A DNA stretch of 64,000 bases from a virus (taxonomy: Duplodnaviria; Caudoviricetes): positions 6,498 to 70,497 of the IMG/VR virus record IMGVR_UViG_3300032233_001964. One strand, 5' to 3'. Below are positions 11,401 to 18,250 of the stretch, one piece after another. Within the stretch, counting starts at the first letter, position 1, and each line of letters begins with the position of its first letter. The notes under the pieces are model-generated. The model ran no database searches. It saw nothing but the letters and a program-made list of their open reading frames with translations, and was not told the DNA's origin. Both the position numbers and the translations under genes were made by a program.

Positions 11401-12348
11401 GACCGTCTTGTAGGCGATGACCTCGTTGATGGCGCGCTTGCGGAGCGCGGCCATCTTCTCCATCACGCCGACGTCGTTCACCTTGATGTTCGCGCGCTTG
11501 CGAAGATCCTCGACGCGCTGGTCGATGTACTTCTGCGTGTTGCCCGTGGCGATGGCCCGACCGTAGAGGTCGTAGGCGGTCACGGCACTCGGATCCTTCT
11601 GGAGCGCATCGACGAGGAGCTGGGCGACGGCGTAGCCATGCTCGCCGGGCTTCGTGACCTCCGGCAACTCGGCCTGCGTGCCGGCCATCGTGTAGCCGCC
11701 GAGCGCGCCCGCGGGACCGAAGCCCCTGTCCGCGCCAGAGCGCACGAGCTCGATGGTGTCCCCGGCGTCTCCCTTCTGCGCCTTCTCGACATCCTGGGCG
11801 AGCTTGTTGAACGCCTGGTCGCGCTCCTCCACCGACATGAAGCCAATGACGCCGCGCTCCTTGCCGGCCTTGGCGATCTCGTCGTAGGTGCGGCCCTTTC
11901 GACCGGCGTCATAGATGGCCTGAAGATCGACGCCCTGTGCCTGCGCGATGCGCTTCAGTTCTTGCTGAGAGATCCCCAAGTCCTCTGCGGCAGGCGCGAC
12001 TGCCCCGTCCACACTGAGCGCACCAGAGTAGTCGTACACCTTCTTGTAGTCGATGGGCCGCGCCACATCAGGAGGAAGTACCAACTTCGGAGGCGCGGGC
12101 GCGGAGACTTCGGGAGCCTTCGGTGCCTTGATTTCTTCAACTTTCTTCGGGACACCAGCAGCGCGACGAGTTACCGAAGGGGCAGGCAGGGCTGCGCTTG
12201 GCTTTGGGAGAGCCTCCATGCCGGTCGGAGCGGCGGGAACGCGGGCCGTCGTAGGCGCAGGTACGGCAACGGGGGCCGGTGCGGGAGCGGACTGCGCCTT
12301 CTCCAGTTCTGCCATCCGAGCCATCGTCTCTTCGTAGGTGCGCGCCAT
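2488..12348 (-). CDS. Giant polyvalent internal virion protein (3,286 aa): zincin peptidase + C5 DNA methyltransferase + ART-PolyVal-like + zincin peptidase + ejection-protein-like C-terminus
   Basis: HEAVH (~8760); FSGGG/ASPVC/ENV/RKR/GNGV MTase motifs (~7110-8040); WFGDSKVVD..VYH..GFYFT..YLSMSNPL..GYDGVI..VVFEPTQIKS (~6435-7025); HEVAH (~6325). Confidence 0.85.
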   Translation of the reverse strand: MARTYEETMARMAELEKAQSAPAPAPVAVPAPTTARVPAAPTGMEALPKPSAALPAPSVTRRAAGVPKKVEEIKAPKAPEVSAPAPPKLVLPPDVARPIDYKKVYDYSGALSVDGAVAPAAEDLGISQQELKRIAQAQGVDLQAIYDAGRKGRTYDEIAKAGKERGVIGFMSVEERDQAFNKLAQDVEKAQKGDAGDTIELVRSGADRGFGPAGALGGYTMAGTQAELPEVTKPGEHGYAVAQLLVDALQKDPSAVTAYDLYGRAIATGNTQKYIDQRVEDLRKRANIKVNDVGVMEKMAALRKRAINEVIAYKTVGQWTPVVTLGDVEVREGRASPGVLDALKPNVEIIGFNNKRQAVFRQESPMGVLFRVIDIPQSAVTAGLSGQTVGEGIQSGANLLEYSLDATKDSAAYVKAPVVAAGFAASILFPDALAGAGEAAKAVKAASRAIKVRKIAPEATALLETIARARKAGDYETAAAAEKELRSALPDVASNLDSSDAAVARFQKLAEPQSDILETDLAALIANAAPEQAKVFAGRPFLHPSDRKAVTGPASIEQADYAELYDTRRLLDRVQKAKTEYVNARKSGRSLSQYAKEYVRGRVLDVFENLPAERQLSAAQVTRMADLISAQAPAALLDQKQFKAAVEGALKADKEFGTDAYKMARQDAYKAIGGRTETKIAEMRGKTIEEIEAADIGLFDRALKAIEQNNTARGVAAQLLRDEIASTARLRVEPLELFDEVAPKLQSGEPIRLTSGGLLLLHHLRKAFPEQDFKEAYATITIIDKMIEGAAKSREVSPFALYQEIFPAIRRGTPEDLKRLAGELKAGKVPTGGAPAAATPAAPTKAAIARAKLKLRETVLRLGDEELDEIEALLRADGVKEGEAYALDAIKREKARRAREAKKVATTDAERITQLEAELEEAVQSDDAFRQGELEMEIENLRRVTAPPAPAAPAAPTVVEAAPAAAPAKRKRAARPPKAEAPPVEAPKVEAPPATLADLADEELDNAILALEEGPPGPMLDELRAEKTRRAAPAVEAPTPTVAAPATPTVIPAAAKAQAEAAKIVEAAPATPVSVLPAEARPVEMTSEMARESLDARRRAEAALKDAKTADKAVAYVMEQTQNPYYKRLAERLLETKDLLKFKFSFVDESAAAFAGMPGWAGGQADTTARAISIRALSRGPAQKVVPIEEVILHEAVHAVTVERMNAAKTLPASNPLRAAYSELEGAYRRAVALRAQRVKAGAATEFEKAQRLDYILSNPREFVAFAMTEPNFQAWLKTIPVGPKAKETLWDKFVASVAGLLGLRREDNNMLAQVIDRTDELMRVPQKELSAASREWDSTLNAYRQIVFEEVRGAETAAGAGRGRAYDRAIEASKTAYEQAKKAGRLPDTVTPEALAAARAKIRGELPPPSVSVPPSAFPAIETRAEYLRGFIEPEQRPVAATLFSGGGLVEAGLQNVVRPGYAVEARGDIAAHYGKVFGEHVENVNVQSVDFKRLADKNIGYLHASPVCKNFSAAKAANAAGEQAFDIETATATARAIDEVKPPVFTLENVAGYEGSTALRLIEDALRRNGYTFDKNVFNAADYGAATTRKRLLLRAVREGDLPPLPGKTGPADWYARIEDLVDGLPKSDVPPFMQRLLDKEGIDWRNLDRPIMVAGGSAWKDELPYAFAGGPTFTIKATPGELHRVILPGGDVREVTPRVLARITGLSDDYPLPKTKDAAVTIIGNGVPLELTDSVFAPLIESRYAQPGRAPVSVAAEAPMPSGISATRAAQTETPEFKRWFGDSKVVDAEGKPLVVYHASTYGDFSTFDKAAQRKGMAGYGFYFTDPQGSNIYADYGMNFQAPRSWRGEEKRVNVMPVYLSMSNPLMVDDIADVRARYGTRDPGAFGQDRQFGGMRADALTAIQRDGYDGVIANEYVKRQRDGSYSVVAPTTKGAIKHPVYVVFEPTQIKSATGNVGTFSPTDPSILKQVSPSGEVKGAVEWLEDGSSVIYLFEGADASTVLHEVAHVVRRNILSNEDMGFIASWVQGMGVNVGHQYGEFTGDAADIEKAEEFFAKAFEQYVAEGKAPAGLEGAFAQLKDAVANVYKAVKDPVIGVELQPEVRRVFDGLFATEPTQADQSLKEAVRRGILGGPEAEVDILTVLSREAKRKGLGALDVDTLATRVNEAKANIKQILGRDPKGTDVVLKFDTKVLGKDKWTLDDLAAAQAVREKRLFPQAETRMALLRDLTGKGRGKAAVYKEDNAVDALWTAISDKETDAPMTKQAKKALRGVTAMFFGGNVLDEKIGETTLANQPPAFRRAMDTSARIVEQSLADTVALVNDAVETKDDAQLLRYLTGDFDVAKVSGRPILSSGHDKMGAVNRMVQRAIAAFTPEEKDALTLMADTVNIKDPAARGQRLVALGFVMGEGEKFTEADKTRKATSDALYSAIGKLLYPEKQDKDIGTALAAAIRDAVNAPEKARPSHEFRLVETLSYIGGVTARDGELFKGDSKDMVRTLLGDIRDIYGKSGEEYARRVAVQIGAFGGADQAKQFLVRMNLGVDKDTQLAFSNWLNGETVGAKNIAGVDEMIKKFGIGVDFVPDAALDVDFYIPRAARDRMAQVLARAQFRTGEAVGAADALATSYRYMKTRMTRGNFFIKQRYFMMNTVDHFNAMAYTEGFGVAAASTARVIAQDLVIIPGVREILEVGKATGILSPTATEKLRANLQKLGDRGAARIGTMMSVGKYRIEVNPILEGVEGGFTVGGKVYRYRDIRDIAVEEGVFSSFDTRELQRAILREGQLVLAGDAAKKATVASASTGAMIKNGFASLEASVADIAEAWSERERLGAMVTLMEAGYDPRTAAQITIKALFDYSQSMTKLDRHWLVGMLLPFWAFQKNANRQVFNTLFSPWAAYRMMTVKRARERSSDLLTHVLYNTMVDDYGVDVESMSPELQDSYYSIIKAFEEAYGADGPPEDHKRAMRMLLSGRAVDVEGGVYQEASAEIQRLRMVGSFADLAKFAPYTIAAPSKAARSSYMRDRTGFAAPFPRTEGVRAYNALLGDNHSYMELYWPDSTIEAGMKWHTQVAATMFLLAAKGASSTGFTDLEDGGIDEVGWLSVVKPIVDAERSPILGPFLAGEFTKPAPKRIAEVATPEGVKQVHPMLGKMMDDLYGTTFLRLPAVVDPFVVNEDGTLPTLTPEQTAEIRRLQEQYPDIGVLKKQRYYIPGGVWATAFENSPLGELNSLLIRLEDEPLESQGRQSIQGEILIWARKYAGVDVTLTAPSQAVKREEPKKKTTTAGTQTF

Positions 12349-12450
12349 CTACGTCACTCCGATGGCGCATCCTATCACGGAAGACACACACGCGCCCGTC
12401 CGCATCGTAGAGTACTCCACGGCGACCGGGCGTCAGCGTTGGTGGTGTCT

Positions 12451-13281
12451 TCAGTCGATCAGGCCGTACTCCCGACGAGCCGCGGCCAACTCAGCGACCC
12501 GCTGAAGCCGCGCCCGCTGCTGCTTTGCTAGCTCAGGAAACTGGCTCCGCGGAAACTCTGGATCATCCTGCTTTCGTCGAATGTCTGCTTGGGCCGCGTC
12601 ATACGCACTCTTCGCCGCCTTGTACTCTGCGTCGATCGCGGCGGCGCGTTCTGCGGCCGTTTGTGGAACGTCGAGTTCTTGGGTGGTAGGGCGCTGCGAT
12701 GTCGTGCTGGATAGCACGGTTGTCAGCGGTGTTCCGCGCATCCTGGGGTCGGCCGCGAGCAGCGCGCTAGACGGAGACACGACTGCCGACCCAGTAATGG
12801 CACCGGGGTACGGACTACGCGCCATAGTGGTCGGTGTGGTGTAGGAGGCGCCGATCTGTCCAGAACGGCGGAGTTCCGCGATGCGACCTACCGCCTCAAG
12901 ATACGGGACCAAGTCTGCGCGTGACTCCTGCGGAAGGTACATCTCCATCGCGTCCGACTGCCCAAGATCTTCGTAGGAGAAGTCTGCCGCCGACGTGCCT
13001 TCGGGGTATGACTGCCCATATGTCGAAGTCAGCGGCATGCCCGGCGACTGAGAAGCCGGCCTGTAGGGCACCGGCGCGCTCGTCTTTGGCGCAGCGGGTG
13101 CCTTGGGAGCCGCTGTGCGAGGGGCCGTGGACGCCGCCGACCTTGCTCCCGTTGAGGCTGCGGGCAGCGTAGCCGTCGCGGGCTTCGGCGCCGGCGCAGG
13201 AGCAACAGCCGTCTGCGCGGTGGCGGGTAGCGTCGTGGATGTTGCGGCGGCGGATGCGCCCTTTCCAACTACTGATGGCAT
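12451..13281 (-). CDS. Ala/Pro/Ser-rich putative internal virion protein
   Basis: Coupled ORF between ejection-protein candidates. Confidence 0.6.
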   Translation of the reverse strand: MPSVVGKGASAAATSTTLPATAQTAVAPAPAPKPATATLPAASTGARSAASTAPRTAAPKAPAAPKTSAPVPYRPASQSPGMPLTSTYGQSYPEGTSAADFSYEDLGQSDAMEMYLPQESRADLVPYLEAVGRIAELRRSGQIGASYTTPTTMARSPYPGAITGSAVVSPSSALLAADPRMRGTPLTTVLSSTTSQRPTTQELDVPQTAAERAAAIDAEYKAAKSAYDAAQADIRRKQDDPEFPRSQFPELAKQQRARLQRVAELAAARREYGLID

Positions 13282-13283
13282 GG

Positions 13284-16200
13284 CTACCTCGTGATGGCTT
13301 GCTTCTGGAAGCGGCGGAAGGTGTCGAGGCCACGGGGTGCGGGCGGTACGACCGGCGCACCTTCTGCCTCGGCTGCGGCCTTCTCTTCCTCGAAGGCACG
13401 ACGCTTCTTCTCTTCATCGGCCTTCTTCTGCGCGGGCGTCATGCCGGCCTGTCGGGCCTCGACGTTGGAGAAGGCACGCTCCACGAACGGAAGCCGCGTT
13501 GCTGGTGCTGCCTGCTCGTACCCGGACGGAGGCCCGCTCGACGGCTGCTCGGCGGCCATCTCGGCCCGCTTGACCGACTGCCGGGACTCATAGCGCGCCG
13601 TGGGCGAACCAGTAGACACGCCAGAGAGCGACTGCCCCATCGGACGCTTCAGCCGCTCACGGAACTCGCGGCCGAGGGCGGCCACCTCTGCCAACGCAGA
13701 TCCGGGCTTCTCGGCTTCCTTGGCCTTGATGGCGGCAGCCTTCTCGCGGAGGTCGGCGAAACGCTCGCTCGCCCCGCGCGATAGAAGGCCCATCGCTTGG
13801 CGGCCCTTGCCGATGTCGAGGGCCGACGCCACGCCGGTTCCGGGAGATGGCATCTCGCCCTGCGGCCCGACAGCACCCGTTGGCTTCGGCGCTTCCACGC
13901 CGGCGAACGGCGTGCGCGGCTCCTGCCCTCGCGTTGCTGCGGCGGGTCCGGGCAGACCCGTCGATTCCGGCAGCGTCTCGTCGGTCGCGGGCAGCGCAGC
14001 CATCGCAGCCTGCTGCTTCATCTGCTCGCGCCGCTTGAACTCCGGCAGTCGGATAGGCGGCAGTCCCTTCCGTTCGCGCTCGGCCTCTCCTGCGGTCGGT
14101 GCAGCCTCGACCTCCCCCGCCTCGCGCTTCTTGAACAGGCCGCCGACAGCCTGCCCGGCCTTGGTGAGCGCCTCGCGGATGTCTCCACCGACCGTGCGCC
14201 GCGCGCCGGTGTCGATGAAGGTGCTGCCACGACGCTCCGTGACCGAGGGCGTCGGCGCGGGCTCCCGCTTGCCGAGGCCCGCCATGCGCGTCTCGACGGC
14301 CTCCGCCTCGGACGGCGGCAGGACGCGAAGATCTTCGCGCTCCGTGATGGCGTCGGCCTCGTCCGATCCGAAGGGGATCGTCTTGGGCTGCGCCGGCATC
14401 ACCTCGCCGCGAGGCGGGGCGACCATCGTCACACCGGCCTGGTCGATGCGGTACTGCGCTCCGTCCGACGTCTCCGCGTAGTAGCCTCGCGGAGCCGGCT
14501 TCGCGGCAGGAGCAGCGGCCGGAGCGGCGGCAGGGGCGGGAGCCGCTGCGGTCGGGGGCGCAGGAGCCGCAGGAGGCGCGGCGACCGGAGTGCCGGCCTC
14601 GCCCAACTTCGTCACGACCGTGTCGAACACACGCTCGCCGCGCTTGAACTCCGTCTTGCCCGGCATCGGCTTGCCTTCCGGTGCGCCGACCACGCGGACG
14701 GTGTCGTTGTCTACGACCTTGAACGTGTAGCCGGAGTCGTCCTTGAAGAAGCGCGTAGGCTCGGCGGCGGCCGGAGCCGCGGCTGCGGGTGCCTCGGCTG
14801 CCGTCATCAACTGCCGCACGGCACCGACCTCGGCGGACGACACCGCGCCGCCGGCGACAAGCGACTCAAGACGCGCCTGCGCGTTCGCGGGATCGGGATC
14901 GGAAGCGGCGTCGAGGGCGAGCGCCGACACCGGCGGCAGACCCGCTTCCGCGGCGGCCCGCTGCATCTGCTGCTCACGGATACGGGCCGTGCGGACCTGC
15001 TCCGGCGTGAGCGACGGCTGTACCACGCCAGCGGCGCGGCGCTGCGCCCGACGCTCTAGCGAGTTCGTCAGCGGCTCGCCGCGTCCGCGCGTCTCCAGCA
15101 CCTCGATCTTCGCGCCAGGCGAGAAGACGTACTGGCCGTTGTTGACGCTGAACACCCCAGGTCCACGCTCCGCGATGTCACGCGCGTTGGCCTTGTCGAG
15201 GTAGCCGTCGAACGTCATCTCGCCGAGCGACGGCAGCTGGTCCGCCGAGACGAGCTTGATGGGCGAGGCTGCGTCGATGGCCTTCTTCTCGTTGTCGTCC
15301 GCGAATCCGACGCCGTTCTCCGCGAGGACGGCGGGCAGGTTCTGGAAGTCCGCATCGCCCATGTAGCGGAGCGGCTTTCCGTCCGCGCTGAACACGACGG
15401 CGGGCTGGAAGGACAGCCCTGCCGGCACAGCGCCCTCGACCGCGACGGTGCTGTTGTTGGTCGGGTCGTACTTGTAGACGACACCAGCGCTGCGGAAGTA
15501 GGTGGAGCCGTCGACGGCCTGTGCGTAGTCGATGCCCTGTGGGGCGTAGCCAGACTTTCGGAGCTCGGCGCGGTACGCCTCCGGGCTGAGAACCGTCCCA
15601 TCGAGGACGGCGTACTGGCCGGTCCCCGTGATGTCGTTCTTCTCAAGGAGGCGAGCGCGCTCCTCCGGGTCCGTGACGGTCACGCGGACACGCTTGCCGG
15701 TGTTGGACGTGCCGAGGAACCCGACGGGCTTGCCCGTCCTGCGCTGCTGGTCGAACGCGAGGATGGCGCGCTCGTCGTGTCGACCCTGCGAGTAGATGAC
15801 CTCGCCATTCTCGTCGATGCGGGACTGTCCGATGTCGAAGCCGTTGTCCTCGGCCCACGCCCGAAACTCAGGGTTGGCGAGGAGCCGCCCCATGCGGGTG
15901 CGAAGACCCTCCTTCCCCGGCTGGTAGGCGAGGTCGCGGAACAGCGCCTCCTTCTCCTGGAGTTCGCGGTAGCGGCTGTCAAGGGACTTGATCCGCTCTT
16001 CTTCCCGCTTCATCTCCTCCGGCGTCAGTCCGATGAGGGTGCGGACCTGCTGCTTGGCCTTCTCGGAAAGGATACCGAGGCGCTCGATCTGCTCGTCGGT
16101 CAGCGGGCCGCCCGCACCGACGATGTCCATCATCTCCTTGCCGGTGGCGTCGAGTTCGCGCATCGCCCCGGTAGACGCCGCGTTGGCGTCCTTCCCATAG

Positions 16201-16796
16201 GTGAAGAACTCGCGGATCTGATTCTGCAACTGCTGGTTGTTAGGCGAGATCTGCGCCGCGGCCTGCGCGGGGTCGATGTCGTCGATGCCTTGACCGAAAG
16301 TCTTGACCGCCATCTGATCGGCGAGCGACGCGATGTCGGAGTCGTTGCGCTTGTAGTCAACACCCTGCTGGTTGAACGTGTTGAACATCCGCTGGTAAGC
16401 GCCGGCTCGATCACCTGTTTCCAATACGGCGATAGCGTCGCTGAGTCGCGTGCTGGCGTACTGCGTGCTGTTGGTGGCGATCTTCGTGTAGTTGTCCGAC
16501 AGGTTCATGCGGAGGCGCGTCGCCTGCTCGGCCGTCACTCGACGATCCTTGCCCGCCGTCTCCTGCAAGTCGGTGAACGCCTCAAGCAGCGACTCCTGCA
16601 ACTTGGCCTCGGCCTTGAGCTGCTCGGTGAACTGCTTGAGGGCCAACTCGTTGATGCCGCCTTCGCGGTACTTCGTCAGTTCCTGGCTCGCCTTCAGGTA
16701 CAGCGCAGCCATCTTCTCGTCGGACGTCGGCAGGGTGTCGTCGTAGACGCCGCCGATGGAGTAGAACAGCGGAAGGACAGATTGAATATCAGCCAT
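13284..16796 (-). CDS. Putative internal virion (DNA ejection) protein, 1,170 aa
   Basis: Helical N-terminus, Ala/Pro-rich linker; position matches podoviral ejection-protein operons (inference). Confidence 0.65.
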   Translation of the reverse strand: MADIQSVLPLFYSIGGVYDDTLPTSDEKMAALYLKASQELTKYREGGINELALKQFTEQLKAEAKLQESLLEAFTDLQETAGKDRRVTAEQATRLRMNLSDNYTKIATNSTQYASTRLSDAIAVLETGDRAGAYQRMFNTFNQQGVDYKRNDSDIASLADQMAVKTFGQGIDDIDPAQAAAQISPNNQQLQNQIREFFTYGKDANAASTGAMRELDATGKEMMDIVGAGGPLTDEQIERLGILSEKAKQQVRTLIGLTPEEMKREEERIKSLDSRYRELQEKEALFRDLAYQPGKEGLRTRMGRLLANPEFRAWAEDNGFDIGQSRIDENGEVIYSQGRHDERAILAFDQQRRTGKPVGFLGTSNTGKRVRVTVTDPEERARLLEKNDITGTGQYAVLDGTVLSPEAYRAELRKSGYAPQGIDYAQAVDGSTYFRSAGVVYKYDPTNNSTVAVEGAVPAGLSFQPAVVFSADGKPLRYMGDADFQNLPAVLAENGVGFADDNEKKAIDAASPIKLVSADQLPSLGEMTFDGYLDKANARDIAERGPGVFSVNNGQYVFSPGAKIEVLETRGRGEPLTNSLERRAQRRAAGVVQPSLTPEQVRTARIREQQMQRAAAEAGLPPVSALALDAASDPDPANAQARLESLVAGGAVSSAEVGAVRQLMTAAEAPAAAAPAAAEPTRFFKDDSGYTFKVVDNDTVRVVGAPEGKPMPGKTEFKRGERVFDTVVTKLGEAGTPVAAPPAAPAPPTAAAPAPAAAPAAAPAAKPAPRGYYAETSDGAQYRIDQAGVTMVAPPRGEVMPAQPKTIPFGSDEADAITEREDLRVLPPSEAEAVETRMAGLGKREPAPTPSVTERRGSTFIDTGARRTVGGDIREALTKAGQAVGGLFKKREAGEVEAAPTAGEAERERKGLPPIRLPEFKRREQMKQQAAMAALPATDETLPESTGLPGPAAATRGQEPRTPFAGVEAPKPTGAVGPQGEMPSPGTGVASALDIGKGRQAMGLLSRGASERFADLREKAAAIKAKEAEKPGSALAEVAALGREFRERLKRPMGQSLSGVSTGSPTARYESRQSVKRAEMAAEQPSSGPPSGYEQAAPATRLPFVERAFSNVEARQAGMTPAQKKADEEKKRRAFEEEKAAAEAEGAPVVPPAPRGLDTFRRFQKQAITR

Positions 16797-16799
16797 CGT

Positions 16800-17414
16800 C
16801 TACTTCCCCTTGTAGTATGGAGCGACACCCGCCTGCTGCCCGCTGACCGCCTGCTGCCCGCTCGTAGTCGCTTCACCGAGGCGCAAGTCGCGAATCGTCT
16901 TCGCGGCGGCAGCCGTGTCAAGTCCGTACTGCTGCGCTCCTGCGCCCACCACGGCACCTGTGTCTCGCGCTTCCTTGCGCTTGGCGGCGATGCGGTTCAT
17001 CACGTCAGCGAACCGCTGCTGCGCGACCCGCTGGGACTGCTCGTCGACCGTGCCGGCAGCCCGCGCCATCTGCTCCTGCTGCCCTGCCGCGAGCTGACCA
17101 AGCGCGGCCATCTGCGCGCCGGAACGACCGAAGCCGCCCTGCGCTGCGGCAGAGCGCCGAAGTCCCGCCTCGATGCCAGCGGTCTGCGCCTGCAACGCGC
17201 GCTGCGTGCCTGCGAGCATCGTGCGCTTCTCCGCTTCGGAGAGGCCGAGTTTGCCCTGCTTCAGTGCATCGACGTCCTTCTTCAGTTGCTTACGGTACGC
17301 GATGGCCGCCGGGTCCACCGCAGATGCGATGGCCTCGCCTGCGGTCCCGATAAGGCTCGCAGCTCCTTGTCCGGCGAGCCCGACCAGCGGCGCGGCAGCA
17401 GCGATAGGCAACAT
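16800..17414 (-). CDS. Putative small ejection protein (Ala/Gln/Gly-rich)
   Basis: ATG 17414 after GAGGTG SD; composition like P22 gp7/T7 gp14-type proteins. Confidence 0.6.
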   Translation of the reverse strand: MLPIAAAAPLVGLAGQGAASLIGTAGEAIASAVDPAAIAYRKQLKKDVDALKQGKLGLSEAEKRTMLAGTQRALQAQTAGIEAGLRRSAAAQGGFGRSGAQMAALGQLAAGQQEQMARAAGTVDEQSQRVAQQRFADVMNRIAAKRKEARDTGAVVGAGAQQYGLDTAAAAKTIRDLRLGEATTSGQQAVSGQQAGVAPYYKGK

Positions 17415-17462
17415 ATTCACCTCGCGGCGAGCATATCATGTTGCCCCCGCGCAGGCGACGGG

Positions 17463-18248
17463 TTACTTGAACATCACGCAGCGGACGTTTCTCGTGCCAA
17501 ACGAGATGCGGGTGTGGACTGTTGACTGAACGGTGTCCGTTACCGTGCCCGACGGGCTAAACGCGGACAACGGTACGGCGATGTCCAACTCGTCCGGGTT
17601 CGGGTCCAACCCCTGCGGGTTGTAGGTTACGCGCGGCAGATACAGCTTCACCGCGATGTCGTGGTATCCGGCCGCCGGCGCCTGCTGAAGGTACGTCAGG
17701 TCGAACCAGAGCGGGCAGATCTGCTCGTGGTTGGTGAACGTGTTGTTGAGGACATCGATCTCGGCCGACACCGGAAAGTTCCGCCGCCACACCGGCAGCT
17801 CGACGCCGTCCACGAACACGCGCACGGCGATGGGAGAGATGTCCGGCCCGGACTGGTTGTCCATGTTGATCATGAAGGGCCGGAACACGGAGACGTGGAA
17901 CGACCACTGCCAGGAGGCGAGGGCGGCTGCGAAGGGGAAGTAGACCCGCTGGCACAGGCCGGCGAGCGCGACGTAGGCCGGGTCTTCGTCGTCGCGGATG
18001 CCGAAGGCGTTGTTGTAGACGTCCATCGGGACGGTCGTCCCGTCCATCATCGACATGACCGCTTCTTGCGGCATGACGTGCTCGTCGCGGATCGTGAACG
18101 CCGCGTCGAGGTTCACGACCTGAAGGCCACCGTTCGGCTCCGACATGATGCCGCGGCCCGACGTCGTCGAGTAGATGTTGGCGTTGTGGGACGCCGTCGG
18201 AAGGGTCGCGCCGTTCGGGTAGGTCGTGTTCGGGGTGATGGTCGCCAA
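17463..18248 (-). CDS. Tail-associated structural protein
   Basis: TTG start after GGGAG SD; beta-rich; follows the nozzle-like gene. Confidence 0.6.
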   Translation of the reverse strand: MATITPNTTYPNGATLPTASHNANIYSTTSGRGIMSEPNGGLQVVNLDAAFTIRDEHVMPQEAVMSMMDGTTVPMDVYNNAFGIRDDEDPAYVALAGLCQRVYFPFAAALASWQWSFHVSVFRPFMINMDNQSGPDISPIAVRVFVDGVELPVWRRNFPVSAEIDVLNNTFTNHEQICPLWFDLTYLQQAPAAGYHDIAVKLYLPRVTYNPQGLDPNPDELDIAVPLSAFSPSGTVTDTVQSTVHTRISFGTRNVRCVMFK

Positions 18249-18250
18249 GG

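Noticed and set aside
2488-16796. Virion RNA polymerase (N4- or crAss-like) in the large internal proteins
   Set aside because: No DxDGD/DFDGD or T7-type polymerase motifs seen
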